This document shows, in pieces, positions 1 to 9,792 of a DNA stretch of 64,000 nucleotides. The notes under the pieces were generated by a model. It searched no databases, was not told the DNA's origin, and was given only the letters and a program-made list of their open reading frames with translations. The DNA lies in IMG/VR virus record IMGVR_UViG_3300022173_000041, positions 1 through 64,000 of that record; one strand, given 5' to 3'. How positions within the stretch are numbered: position 1 is the stretch's first letter; every line of letters starts with the position of its first letter. The position numbers and the translations under genes were made by a program. This stretch comes from a virus. Taxonomy: Duplodnaviria > Caudoviricetes.

Positions 1-1
1 C

Positions 2-1540
2 ACTCCAGTAGACCAAGAGAAGTCAGAGATATCTGGCATCAATCCTCAGGCTCAGCGCCCGGCAGATGCTGAGCATGAAATCTATGAATGCTATTGCGAG
101 CTGGATATCTCTGGTTTTGAACATAAGCACAAAGGGAAGATTAGTGGCCTCGCGGTTCCTTACGTTGTTACGATCCACAAAGAGAGCCGAAAGGTTTTAC
201 AGGTTCGACGTAACTGGGAAGAAAAAGACAAGCTCTGCATCGCCAAAGAATACTTCGTCAGCTTCCCATTCGTTAACGCTATGGGGTTCTACGGCATCGG
301 GCTTATCAATATTCTCGGAAATACTGCGGCAGCGCTGACTGCTGCTTGGCGAGAAAGCCTCGACGCTGGGATGTTCGCCAACTTCCCGGGCTTCATCTAT
401 CAGAAACAGTTTGGGCGCCAGCTCACTAACCAATTCCGCGTGTCTCCGGGTTCAGGCGTTGGTATCGACACTGGTGGTATGCCCATCGGTCAAGCCGTCA
501 TGCCGCTTCCTTACAAGGACATTGGCGCCGCTTTTGCTGGCTTCATTGTCCACATGGAAGAAGTTGGTCAGCGAGTTGGTGGTGCAGCCGATATCGGCGT
601 TGGCGAGGGCAAGCAGGACGCTCCTGTAGGCACTACGCTGGCTCTTATTGAGCAAGCCACCAAGGTCATGGACGCGGTTCACAAGCGCCTGCATTCGTCA
701 CAAGCGAAGGAATTCAAGCTTCTTAAGGAGCGCTTTAAGGAAGACCCTGACGCTTTCTGGCGCTTCAACAACCATCCGGCAATGCCTTGGAAGAAACAGC
801 AGTTTCTGAAGGCTCTCAATGACTGCAACCTTGTGCCGGTTGCTGACCCCAACAACCCCACCAGCATGCATCGTATTGCCAAGGGCGCCATCATTCAGGC
901 GCTGGCCGCTGCCAAGCCGCAGCTTTACGATCCAATCGCTGTAGACGTTCGCACACTGCGTATTGCTGGTATCGATCCTCAGGGCCTGTTCCGCCCGACC
1001 CCGGCACCGGGTCAACCCGATCCGGGTATCTTGGCTGCACAGGCCAAGAAGGAAGCCAACCAGATGCAGGCGCAGGCTGCGATGATGCAGATGCAGCTCA
1101 AGATGCAAATCCAGCAAGTCCAGTCTGAGGACAAGAAGGCTGATCGCGAAAGCCGCGAGCGCGTCGAGCAGATGAAGATCGTGCTAGAGCGCCTCAAGAT
1201 CATCGAAGAGCGTATCATCCATGGTGGAGAGGATGATGGTAGCGAGCATGAAGCCATGCAGAACGCTGCTGAGCTGATTGCCAGCCAATACCAGCATGCA
1301 AACCAGCTTCGCGCTGATCAGACCCAGCATGTGCAGTCGCTGGCGTCAGACCATATGCAAAGCGAGCGTGATCGTCAGGCAGAAGCCGCCAAGCATCAGC
1401 GAGAGCTGGAGCATGCGCGAGAGATCGCGACTATCCAAGAAGAGAACAAACGGCACATTGCGGGTCTCAACAATGAGGCCAAAGTGACGGTTGCAAAGAT
1501 GAAACCAAAACCCAAGCCAGCAGCCAAAAAAGGGAAGTGA
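2..1540 (+). CDS. Portal protein, P22-like (5'-truncated by window edge)
   Basis: Frame is open from position 2 (TPVDQEKSE...HEIYECYCELDI...KEYFVSFPFVNAMGFYGIGLINILG). The FYGxGL...LDAGMFANFPG motif, coiled-coil C-terminus and position at the head of the structural operon fit this portal family. Confidence 0.85.
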   Translation, partial: TPVDQEKSEISGINPQAQRPADAEHEIYECYCELDISGFEHKHKGKISGLAVPYVVTIHKESRKVLQVRRNWEEKDKLCIAKEYFVSFPFVNAMGFYGIGLINILGNTAAALTAAWRESLDAGMFANFPGFIYQKQFGRQLTNQFRVSPGSGVGIDTGGMPIGQAVMPLPYKDIGAAFAGFIVHMEEVGQRVGGAADIGVGEGKQDAPVGTTLALIEQATKVMDAVHKRLHSSQAKEFKLLKERFKEDPDAFWRFNNHPAMPWKKQQFLKALNDCNLVPVADPNNPTSMHRIAKGAIIQALAAAKPQLYDPIAVDVRTLRIAGIDPQGLFRPTPAPGQPDPGILAAQAKKEANQMQAQAAMMQMQLKMQIQQVQSEDKKADRESRERVEQMKIVLERLKIIEERIIHGGEDDGSEHEAMQNAAELIASQYQHANQLRADQTQHVQSLASDHMQSERDRQAEAAKHQRELEHAREIATIQEENKRHIAGLNNEAKVTVAKMKPKPKPAAKKGK

Positions 1541-1541
1541 A

Positions 1542-1784
1542 ATGCCTGAAGTTAAGGAAGTCGTCGGCACCAATCTTTTGCTCTATACGAAATTCGACCC
1601 GAAATATAAGATTGGTGATACAGTGCGGCTTAAGAGTGGAAGCCCTTTAATGACTGTAGTCGCCTGCAATGAGAACGAAGTTCAGGTAAAGTGGTTTATT
1701 AAAAACCAGTTACACGGCGATACTCACCCCCTTCAAGCAGTCAAGGAAGCAAAACGTGGCACATCCCTACAAAAGTCAGGCTGA
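1542..1784 (+). CDS. YodC/DUF2158-like small protein
   Basis: KYKIGDTVRLKSGSPLMTV...VKWF motif. Confidence 0.65.
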   Translation: MPEVKEVVGTNLLLYTKFDPKYKIGDTVRLKSGSPLMTVVACNENEVQVKWFIKNQLHGDTHPLQAVKEAKRGTSLQKSG

Positions 1785-2157
1785 CAGCACCAAAGGCAGC
1801 AAGAAGTCATCCATGACCAGCAAGGGTCTGGGCAAGAACACTGACTTCAATGGCGCCTACAAGAAGGTTCAAGGCTCTTCAGCCTCCATGCAGCACATGG
1901 AGCAATCAGCCGTCCCGGGCATGAAGCGCGGTGGTAGGGCTAAGGGCAAATCCAAACTTGCGAAAGAGATGGCGACCGCTGCTCTTCCCTCGGCAGAAAC
2001 CATGATGTCGCAAGCAGGGGCTGGCGCTCCCTCCCCGACGCCAGCCCCGCCACCCCCCGGCCTTCCGGGCATGATGCAGAAGCGTGGTGGCGCCGTTAAG
2101 AAAGCGTGCGGCGGCGCATTCAATGGGGTTAATCGGTTAAAACTCTCAAAGAAGTAA
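1756..2157 (+). CDS. Basic low-complexity protein with KRGG motifs (possible internal head protein)
   Basis: GTG start; K/G/A/P-rich; MKRGGRAK, QKRGGAVKK and ACGGAF motifs. Confidence 0.6.
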   Translation: MAHPYKSQADSTKGSKKSSMTSKGLGKNTDFNGAYKKVQGSSASMQHMEQSAVPGMKRGGRAKGKSKLAKEMATAALPSAETMMSQAGAGAPSPTPAPPPPGLPGMMQKRGGAVKKACGGAFNGVNRLKLSKK

Positions 2158-2160
2158 TAC

Positions 2161-2343
2161 GTGGACACTCTATTCGAGAGAGAGCTTGCCAAGCGCCTGT
2201 CTGCTCTTACTGAAGAAAAGACGGCAAGCTTTACACAAACTGTATTGACTCGCGACGATTACATGCGACAAATGGGATACTTTCAGTGTCTCAGAGATGT
2301 TGTTGCATTGTGCGATGAGATCAGAGGCGACATCAAGAAGTAG
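2161..2343 (+). CDS. Hypothetical protein (60 aa)
   Basis: Tightly packed between neighbours; ...DYMRQMGYFQCL pattern resembles small proteins found upstream of phage GroES genes. Confidence 0.6.
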   Translation: MDTLFERELAKRLSALTEEKTASFTQTVLTRDDYMRQMGYFQCLRDVVALCDEIRGDIKK

Positions 2344-2350
2344 GTATTCT

Positions 2351-2746
2351 ATGAAGACTGCGAACGTGGTTTCGATGCCTGATCCTATCAAGGCAGAGAT
2401 TATCAAGGACGTTGGGGACATTTCCCAAGTTGAGGTTATGTTCAATTACATTCTGGTTGGCATCTACAAGCGTCCAGAAAAGACCGCTGGCGGCATTATC
2501 CTGACCGACAAATCTCGCGATGAGGATATCTACCAAGGCAAGACTGGCTTGGTTCTTAAAGTAGGCCCCACGGCATTTCTCGGTGATGATGATGTCGATT
2601 TCAGGGGGCAGTCCGTCAAAGAGGGTGAATGGATCGTTCTTCGCCCGGGTGATGGCTGGCAGGTAAAGGTTGGTAATCGCGACTGCCGTATGGTGGCTGA
2701 TACCAGCATCAAGCTTAAAGTACCGAAACCGGACATGATCTACTAA
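2351..2746 (+). CDS. groES: GroES/Cpn10-like co-chaperonin
   Basis: Mobile-loop motif PEKTAGGIILTD followed by GLVLKVGP; start trimmed to the ATG at 2351. Confidence 0.8.
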   Translation: MKTANVVSMPDPIKAEIIKDVGDISQVEVMFNYILVGIYKRPEKTAGGIILTDKSRDEDIYQGKTGLVLKVGPTAFLGDDDVDFRGQSVKEGEWIVLRPGDGWQVKVGNRDCRMVADTSIKLKVPKPDMIY

Positions 2747-2756
2747 GGAGCTTTGT

Positions 2757-3818
2757 ATGCCGCGTCTTCGACCCGCACCGAACGAAGAAGATCAGCTCCC
2801 TCAGAATGTCGAGGTAGAGCTTGAGCCGCAAGACGAAGTAGTCATTGAGGCTGATAATGAGCTTGCTTCCGATACAGATGATCAGCGCCAAGCCAAGCGT
2901 GACGCTGCCCGCGCATATCGGCTCCAGAAGAAAGAAGAGGAAGACCAGCGCCTCAATGAGAATGCTGATCTTAAGAAACAGCTTGAGGATATGCGCGCTG
3001 CTGTAGAAGACAGCCGCAAACAAGCTCAGATCGCTCAGCAATCAGCTCAAGAAGAGCAGAACAGAGCGTCCCAGCGAGAACGTGAAAGTCATCAGTATCT
3101 CTCGCGCGCTGAAGAGGCTGAGTACAATTCCGTACTTACTGCCATGGCAGCCGCTGAGAATGAGGCTGATAGCAGCCAGCGCGATCTGGAAGCCGCCCAA
3201 ACCAATGGCGACTTCAAGTTAGCGGCGGAAGCCCAGCGCCGTCTTTCTCGCGCTGAAGCCAAGATGGTCCAGCTTGAAGAAGGCAAAACCATTCTTGAGC
3301 AGCGCAAGAACACTGCGATTGCTCGCGCTGAAGAAGCCAGACGAAATCCGCCTGCGCCGCGAAATGTTACGCCTGAACAACAGATTGACGCTGTAAATAC
3401 ATTGTTGCCAAGTCAGAAGGAATGGCTCAAAGCTCATCCTGACGCTTGGACTGATCAGCGGAAGAACCTGCGTCTTCAGGGCGCCCATGTGGAAGCGGAA
3501 GATAAAGGTCTTCAGCCGGGCACTAAAGGATACTTTACGTATCTTGAAGAGCGTCTTGGCTACAAGGAGGCTGTCTCTGATGTCGAAGAAGATGATGAAG
3601 AGCAACCGCGCCAGCGGCGCTCAGAGCGGAGAACACTAGTGTCTGCACCGGTATCGCGAGATAACCACGCTCCTAGTGGAAAGCCTTCACGGACCAAAAT
3701 CACTCTCAACCCGAAACAGCAGGAAGCGGCTGCCATCGCAGGCATCTCGCAGGCTGATTACGCTCGCAACATGCTCAAGCTTCAGGACCTGAAGGAAGAA
3801 GGATATTACAATGAGTGA
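2757..3818 (+). CDS. Putative scaffolding protein
   Basis: Acidic/charged long coiled coil with conserved helical C-terminus (LNPKQQEAAAIAGISQADYARNML), upstream of the capsid genes. Confidence 0.6.
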   Translation: MPRLRPAPNEEDQLPQNVEVELEPQDEVVIEADNELASDTDDQRQAKRDAARAYRLQKKEEEDQRLNENADLKKQLEDMRAAVEDSRKQAQIAQQSAQEEQNRASQRERESHQYLSRAEEAEYNSVLTAMAAAENEADSSQRDLEAAQTNGDFKLAAEAQRRLSRAEAKMVQLEEGKTILEQRKNTAIARAEEARRNPPAPRNVTPEQQIDAVNTLLPSQKEWLKAHPDAWTDQRKNLRLQGAHVEAEDKGLQPGTKGYFTYLEERLGYKEAVSDVEEDDEEQPRQRRSERRTLVSAPVSRDNHAPSGKPSRTKITLNPKQQEAAAIAGISQADYARNMLKLQDLKEEGYYNE

Positions 3819-4371
3819 ACCCGTAGCTCCCAAGCGCCGTGGCCGTCCCCCGGGTTCAGGCAAGAAGAACACTGAGGCAGAAGTAGTGGAGACCGTGAAG
3901 AAGGCGGCGCCGAAACCTGCCCGCGCCTCTCGTCTTCCGACTGACTTTGTGTACGAGATCGATGAAGATGAGGACCGACTTAAGGTCCCGCCGCATCTGA
4001 TCCCTGACGGAATGTCCTATCAATGGATCACTGACAGCATCTTTGGAATGCTTCAGCCCCAGCGCCGCGCTAGGTTTGAGCGCAAGGGCTGGATGCCTGT
4101 CCCGGCCAAGCGCCATGACGGCATTTGGATGCCCAAAGGCTATGACGGTGAAATCAATGTCGAGGGTTTGGTCCTTATGGAGCGCCCCATTGAGTACACT
4201 AAAATGGCGCAAGACCATGACAAGCGAAAAGCCAGAGAGCAGGTTTGGATCAAAGAACAGCAGCTCCGTGGTGGTGACGTTAACACTACCTTGGATGGGC
4301 GCCATCGAAGTGCTTTGGCCAGCAATAAGATCAACAAGAGCTACGAGCCGATACAAGTTCCTGATGAATAA
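3811..4371 (+). CDS. Conserved phage head-region hypothetical protein
   Basis: IPDGMSYQWI...RKGWMPVP...GLVLMERP pattern; overlaps the preceding stop. Confidence 0.7.
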   Translation: MSEPVAPKRRGRPPGSGKKNTEAEVVETVKKAAPKPARASRLPTDFVYEIDEDEDRLKVPPHLIPDGMSYQWITDSIFGMLQPQRRARFERKGWMPVPAKRHDGIWMPKGYDGEINVEGLVLMERPIEYTKMAQDHDKRKAREQVWIKEQQLRGGDVNTTLDGRHRSALASNKINKSYEPIQVPDE

Positions 4372-4679
4372 TGAGTAACGTATCAGGTGGCTTTCAAGTT
4401 GCGGGCGCCATTCTAGCAATCTGGGGAATGGGCTGGACTTTGTGGGATCACAACGCTGATGCCCCGGGATATTTAATTGGGGCCAGCCTTGTGTCATTGT
4501 TAATTGGCTTGACGCTTAATTGAATTTGTCTTAAGTGTGGCTAAGTTAAGACCTGAGATCAGGTTGGGCACGCGCCCGAAAGTTCACACCATCACGCGCC
4601 GTGATGGCTTCTGTCAGCAAGCAGAGCTTGTTGGCTTCAATGTTCCGGGATGGTCCCGGTGCAATGAGAGGAGCTATCA

Positions 4680-5297
4680 ATGGCTAACGTCACCGCCCCC
4701 TTTGGCTTCCGGCAGCTTCGTCGTCTTGACGGTGGCGCCCCGACCGCTGGTTTTGAAACCTGTGTCATCGCTTCTTCGGACCCCAACCCGTACTTCACGG
4801 GTGATCCGGTAGCGACTTCGACCACCGGTCCCTACATCACTGTCCCCTCAACTGGCTTTGGACAAATTCGCGGCATCTTCATGGGCTGCGAATACTACAA
4901 TGCTTCAGTCAACCAAATCCGTTGGTCAGCCTACTTCCCGGGTTCTGTCCAGACTTCTTCTGGTACCAACGATGTCAAAGCTTGGGTCTGCACCGATCCT
5001 GAAATGCTTTACATCGCCCAGTGTTCAACCAACGCGACTGTGCTTTCCAGCCAGATCGGCTTGAACATCGGCAACACCACGTCGGTTTCGTCTCTCGGCA
5101 ATACCCTGTCAGGCATCTCAGTGGTGTCTCTGGGTTCTACCAGCGTAGGCACCAGCTCGTCTGGGCCGTGGCGTATCTATGACTTCTATTCGAACTACGC
5201 ACCTCCGGGCACTAATGGCACGGACAACACCTCTGCTGGTAACATTCTCGTTGTTGCGCCGAATAACTTCGACCGCAAGAACTTGACCGGCATCTAA
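4680..5297 (+). CDS. Capsid-associated (cement/minor capsid-like) protein
   Basis: MANVTAPFGFR N-terminus typical of the gene preceding this MCP type; strong RBS GAGAGGAG. Confidence 0.6.
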   Translation: MANVTAPFGFRQLRRLDGGAPTAGFETCVIASSDPNPYFTGDPVATSTTGPYITVPSTGFGQIRGIFMGCEYYNASVNQIRWSAYFPGSVQTSSGTNDVKAWVCTDPEMLYIAQCSTNATVLSSQIGLNIGNTTSVSSLGNTLSGISVVSLGSTSVGTSSSGPWRIYDFYSNYAPPGTNGTDNTSAGNILVVAPNNFDRKNLTGI

Positions 5298-5308
5298 GGA
5301 GTAGCACA

Positions 5309-6223
5309 ATGCCCGTCGCACTTAGTCAAATCCGCGATCTTCTGCTTCCCGGCCTGTGGGGTATTTCTGGTAAGTATGACCAGATTGAACGCCAATGGCC
5401 GAAAATCTTCAAGCAGACCAATTCCCAGATGGCGGTGGAGCGACGTGCTTCCATGCGTTATCTCGGTCTTGCTCAGTTGAAGCAGGAAGGTGGACCCACC
5501 TCCTTCGACAACTCGGCGGGCGAGCGCTACGTCTACAACCAAGAGCATAACGAAATTGGTCTTGGTTACGCCATCACGCGCAAGGCAATCGATGACAACC
5601 TCTACAAGGCAGAATTTGGACCGTCCAACGATGGTCTGATGTTCTCCTTTGCCCAGACTGAGGAAATCTACGGCGCCAACGTTCTCAACAGCGGCACCAC
5701 TTATAACGCCTCAGTCGGTGGTGATGGTGTCGCGCTCTTCTCTTCCGCGCATCCCATCGATGGCACCACCATCGCCAATATCCCCAGCGTTGCTGTGGAC
5801 TTGAACGAGACTTCACTTCTGAATGCTGGCATTCAGGTGCGGTCTACTTGGAAAGACAACGCGGGCCTCAAAATCTACGCTCGCGGCAAGAAGCTGGTTA
5901 TCCCGGTTGGTCTTGAGCCGGTAGCGCTTCGTCTCTTTAGAAGCGAGCTTCGTCCCGGCACGGCGTCGAACGATACCAACGCCATTCTGGGCATGAATGA
6001 CTCCTTCAAGGAGGGGTTCATCGTCAACGACTACCTTACCAGCTCGTATGCTTGGTTCCTGACCACCAACATTGATGGTCTGATCTACATGAACCGCAAG
6101 CCTTACGAGATGGATATGTCGGTGGAGTTCACGACTGACAACCTGCTTGTGAAGGGCTACCAGCGTTATAGCTTCGGCTATTACGATTGGCGTGCCATCT
6201 GGGGCTCATTCCCGACCAGTTAA
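5309..6223 (+). CDS. Major capsid protein (Mu gpT-like, HK97 fold)
   Basis: MPVALSQIRDLLLPGL...GLGYAITRKAIDDNLY...LVKGYQRYSFGYYDWRAIWGS; 304 aa. Confidence 0.85.
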   Translation: MPVALSQIRDLLLPGLWGISGKYDQIERQWPKIFKQTNSQMAVERRASMRYLGLAQLKQEGGPTSFDNSAGERYVYNQEHNEIGLGYAITRKAIDDNLYKAEFGPSNDGLMFSFAQTEEIYGANVLNSGTTYNASVGGDGVALFSSAHPIDGTTIANIPSVAVDLNETSLLNAGIQVRSTWKDNAGLKIYARGKKLVIPVGLEPVALRLFRSELRPGTASNDTNAILGMNDSFKEGFIVNDYLTSSYAWFLTTNIDGLIYMNRKPYEMDMSVEFTTDNLLVKGYQRYSFGYYDWRAIWGSFPTS

Positions 6224-6249
6224 GCGGGAAAGGAAAAGGAGAACCAGAT

Positions 6250-7221
6250 ATGGCAATTACCCCATTTCCCGGCAACATCGTTGTCTTCGGGCAAGCGGCG
6301 CCGGGAGCTGCTGTAACAGGCGCTCAGACCTACTCTGACTACAACACCACTGTAGCGCCCTCCGTGTTCAACATGGGCACGATCCTGCTTGATCCGCGCA
6401 GCTTCTATACCTACGCGCCGGGCAATGCTTACAACTACGTGACCATGGGCTGGTTCGGTAACAGCCCCAGTCAGGTTATCGATCAGGTCCCCACGGTTGT
6501 TTCGTCTAACTCGGTAGCACAGGCTCAGTCATTCGTGGCTGGTACTGCTCTTACCCTGACGGCATCCAACACCAACAACGTCACTACCGGCGTGTCGATC
6601 ACCGCTCCTGAGAGCGGCGCCACTGTAACTGGTTTGCGTGCCATTGATGGCGCTCAGACCCCGGTTACTTTCGGTTCTGATGGCTCGATTGGTGTCTGGG
6701 ACCCGACTGAAGCTATCTCCCGCAACGTCACCATCACCACCACTGGTGTTGATACTGGTGGCTTCTGGACTGTTACCGGTCGCGATCTGTACGGCTTCAA
6801 GATGAGCGAAACCATCGCCGCTTCGTCTGTGGCTGCGACCGCTGCTGGCAAGAAAGCCTTCAAGTACATCACCGGGATTACCCCGACCACGACCGGCACT
6901 TTCGGTTCTACCATCGCAATGGTGGGTGTTGGTGACGTGTTCGGCCTTCCGCTGTACGTCAGCAACGGCGCCTATGCCCAGATCAACTGGGGCGGTGTCT
7001 CTTATAGCTCAACCAACGTCACTGCCGGGCAGTCTTTGTCCAGTGTGGCTACCAGCACCACTCCTGACGTTCGCGGCACATTCGCCTCCAGCGTTGCGAG
7101 CGATGGTACCCGCCGCTTGGTCATGATGGTCTTCCCGTCTGTTGCTGCTACGGCGGCATCCATTACTGGTGGCAACGCTGGTCAGGGTGTTGTAGGTATC
7201 AGTCAGTACAGCTCGGTCTAA
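6250..7221 (+). CDS. Virion structural protein, Ser/Thr/Gly-rich
   Basis: RBS AAGGAG before the ATG at 6250; beta-rich composition; directly after the MCP. Confidence 0.7.
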   Translation: MAITPFPGNIVVFGQAAPGAAVTGAQTYSDYNTTVAPSVFNMGTILLDPRSFYTYAPGNAYNYVTMGWFGNSPSQVIDQVPTVVSSNSVAQAQSFVAGTALTLTASNTNNVTTGVSITAPESGATVTGLRAIDGAQTPVTFGSDGSIGVWDPTEAISRNVTITTTGVDTGGFWTVTGRDLYGFKMSETIAASSVAATAAGKKAFKYITGITPTTTGTFGSTIAMVGVGDVFGLPLYVSNGAYAQINWGGVSYSSTNVTAGQSLSSVATSTTPDVRGTFASSVASDGTRRLVMMVFPSVAATAASITGGNAGQGVVGISQYSSV

Positions 7222-7232
7222 GGAGATAGATA

Positions 7233-7421
7233 ATGGCTAAGGGTAAGAAGAGTGGCGGCAAGGTCGCTGGTGGTATCGGCAAAGCGGTTGCTTATGACGG
7301 CGCTTCCAGCAAGACCATGAAGGCAGCCAAGAGCAAGAGCTACGCCAGCGGCGGCAAGGTCGGCGGCGGCGGTAAATCTCCGTTCTCTGCTGCTCATATC
7401 AAGACCAACGGTGACGCTTAA
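7233..7421 (+). CDS. Small basic K/G-rich protein
   Basis: RBS AGGAG; YASGGKV motif. Confidence 0.6.
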   Translation: MAKGKKSGGKVAGGIGKAVAYDGASSKTMKAAKSKSYASGGKVGGGGKSPFSAAHIKTNGDA

Positions 7422-7440
7422 TACCTAGCAGGCAGGGTCC

Positions 7441-7779
7441 ATGCCGATTACCACGCTATCGTCTGTCGGCGTTTCAGGGGCTCTCAATCTTGATTGGATG
7501 GGGTCCAAGCCCACTACCTGTGTAGTGACGCTTGGCTCCACCACCATGACTTCAGACTTTACCGTCCAGTACACACTGGATGATCTTCAGACTTCTACAT
7601 CTCCGGTCTGGTTTGGCGTCAGCTCAGCCATTGGTTCTTCTGTAACCCACTATTCGGCGTCCAATGCTGATGGTGTATCTCTTACTTTCCTCAACCCTAT
7701 TGCTGGTCTCAGACTGTCGAGTACCGCTATCAGCTCCAGTTCTTTGACCATGAAAGTGTTGCAGGGTCCGGGGGGCTAG
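7441..7779 (+). CDS. Small Ser/Thr-rich structural protein
   Basis: In-operon ORF; roughly one third Ser+Thr by hand count. Confidence 0.65.
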   Translation: MPITTLSSVGVSGALNLDWMGSKPTTCVVTLGSTTMTSDFTVQYTLDDLQTSTSPVWFGVSSAIGSSVTHYSASNADGVSLTFLNPIAGLRLSSTAISSSSLTMKVLQGPGG

Positions 7780-7785
7780 TTTCCC

Positions 7786-8160
7786 GTGATTAACTACAAC
7801 ACCGCAACAGTCAATCAGCGCCTAGATGTAGTGGTCAATAACATTGACGCTGGGTCTTCCAATGGCGTCCTTAGGCTGCTCGACGCCAGCGCTCAGACAG
7901 TAGCGACTATCGCTCTGGTGAAACCATGCGGGACAGTATCCAACAAGGTACTGACCTTCTCTGGCCTTCCACTGCCGTGCCCACTTACTTTGGTAAGCGC
8001 ACAAATTGTGGCTGCTGATATTGAAGACAGTACGGGTTTAGTGGTAGCTTCCGGCCTAACGGTAGGGCAATCAACTGCCTCAGATATCGTTATGGGAAAT
8101 ACGATTGTCAGCTCAGGTCAGATCATTACATTGACCTACGCGACTATCACGGGAGTTTAA
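7786..8160 (+). CDS. Hypothetical structural protein
   Basis: GTG start, in-operon, beta-rich. Confidence 0.6.
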   Translation: MINYNTATVNQRLDVVVNNIDAGSSNGVLRLLDASAQTVATIALVKPCGTVSNKVLTFSGLPLPCPLTLVSAQIVAADIEDSTGLVVASGLTVGQSTASDIVMGNTIVSSGQIITLTYATITGV

Positions 8161-8161
8161 C

Positions 8162-9010
8162 TTGGATAACGAAGCAAAGCTTACCCCGCGCAATACCGAT
8201 CTACTTCTCAAGAATGGGAAGGCGCCTCCGTTCAAGATGCTGCCTGAGATGCCTACTACCCCCCCCACCCCCCCTACACAAAAGGCCGAACCCAATCTGG
8301 GTACGCCGCTATCAGCAATTAAGCCGCTGAAGATCGCCATGATTGGCACCGCGCCATCTTCGCGCGATCTGGCGCCGTTTAATGATCCTTCTTGGACCAT
8401 TTGGGCATGTTCTCCGGGTAATATGAACGTTTTGCCGCGAGTTGATGCTTGGTTTGAAGTTCACAGCAACCTGCTTTGGCCTGAGTGTATTTCCTACGGT
8501 GCGCCGTATGTTGAGTGGCTCAAGAAGCAGACGTTCCCGATCTACATGCAGGACAAGAACCTTGTCCCGTCAGCCATCCCGCTTCCGATCAAGGAGCTGA
8601 CCGACGAGTTCGGCAAGTATTTCTTCACCTCCAGCTTCGCCTACATGATTGCTATGGCGATCAAAGCTGGCGCCTCTGAGATCGCCTTGTTCGGGATCGA
8701 TATGGCTTCGAAGGATGAGTACATTCTTCAGCGACCGGGTGGTCACTACTTCATGCAGGAAGCTGCCAAGCGCGGCATTCTTGTAAACATTCCCTTCGAA
8801 AGTGATCTTGCTCAGCCTCCTGCACTTTACGGGTATTCTGACAGCACGCCGTTTGGTCGCAAGATGCACATTCGCGAGCAAGAGATCAGAGGCCGCGTTA
8901 ACGGAATGAAAGCTGAGCGCGACAAACTAAACCACAGCATCACCTATCTTGAAGGTGCTTTGGAGGATATGGACTATATCAAGGGGATATGGGCTGGAAT
9001 TCAGACCTGA
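8162..9010 (+). CDS. Sialyltransferase-fold protein (CstII/GT42- or Maf/DUF115-like glycosyltransferase)
   Basis: KIAMIGTAPSS...WTIWAC and FTSSFAYMIAMAIKAGASEIALFGIDM parallel the CstII motifs KKVIIAGNGPS and TSGVYMCAVAIALGYKEIYLSGIDF (recalled, not aligned by software). Confidence 0.6.
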   Translation: MDNEAKLTPRNTDLLLKNGKAPPFKMLPEMPTTPPTPPTQKAEPNLGTPLSAIKPLKIAMIGTAPSSRDLAPFNDPSWTIWACSPGNMNVLPRVDAWFEVHSNLLWPECISYGAPYVEWLKKQTFPIYMQDKNLVPSAIPLPIKELTDEFGKYFFTSSFAYMIAMAIKAGASEIALFGIDMASKDEYILQRPGGHYFMQEAAKRGILVNIPFESDLAQPPALYGYSDSTPFGRKMHIREQEIRGRVNGMKAERDKLNHSITYLEGALEDMDYIKGIWAGIQT

Positions 9011-9048
9011 CTTGGGCTAATGTCCGGTCATGATTATGGAGATGGGTA

Positions 9049-9531
9049 ATGGCTAAATACGCAATCACTAACGGCAGCACTTCTGGTGCTGGTACCCAGC
9101 AATCCATGGGCACGGCTTACGCTGGATCGATGATCGGTCTGACCGGCGCCAACTCGGCTCCTAGGCGCATCAAGGTTTACGATGTGCTGATTGGCACCAA
9201 CGGCACCCCGGCTGATAACTTCGTTGAATGGGATATCAGCCGTATCACCACCAACTCCACCGCTACTTCCGCCACCCCCCAGCCGCTGGATTTGGCAGAC
9301 GCCACTTCTCTCACAACCACCACTGTCAACAGCTCCACCTTCGGCACCATCACGGCTAACTCCAACGTATTCTACGTTGGCGTCAACCAACGTGCTTCGT
9401 ATCGTTGGGTAGCTGCCCCGGGTGGCGAGCTGGTATCACCGGCCACTTCATCTGCTGGCTTCCAGCTTCGTGCAAGGTCAGGTGGTTATACCGGTACCGC
9501 AACTGGAACGCTGCACTTTGAGGAACAATAA
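9049..9531 (+). CDS. Ser/Thr-rich structural protein
   Basis: RBS GGAG; about a quarter Ser+Thr. Confidence 0.7.
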   Translation: MAKYAITNGSTSGAGTQQSMGTAYAGSMIGLTGANSAPRRIKVYDVLIGTNGTPADNFVEWDISRITTNSTATSATPQPLDLADATSLTTTTVNSSTFGTITANSNVFYVGVNQRASYRWVAAPGGELVSPATSSAGFQLRARSGGYTGTATGTLHFEEQ

Positions 9532-9534
9532 GTT

Positions 9535-9792
9535 GTGCGGAATGCTGGCGGCTATGCTTATACATTCGATGTAGGCGGCATTCGTCAGGAAGCCGACACT
9601 TTCACTTGCTTCCATTGCAATACGATTGTCGTCGTAAAGCCAAAGTGCGATCCTTGCGATCTTGGTGGACTATGCCGCATCTGCGATAAGATGATATGCC
9701 CAAAGTGCGTTGACTTGGGCTCCTGCACGCCATTTGAAAAGAAGCTTGAGCGCCAAGAGGCCATCTACCACAATAGAAGGTCATATGAGTAA
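9535..9792 (+). CDS. Cys-rich zinc-finger protein
   Basis: CFHC...CDPC...CRIC...CPKC. Confidence 0.65.
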   Translation: MRNAGGYAYTFDVGGIRQEADTFTCFHCNTIVVVKPKCDPCDLGGLCRICDKMICPKCVDLGSCTPFEKKLERQEAIYHNRRSYE

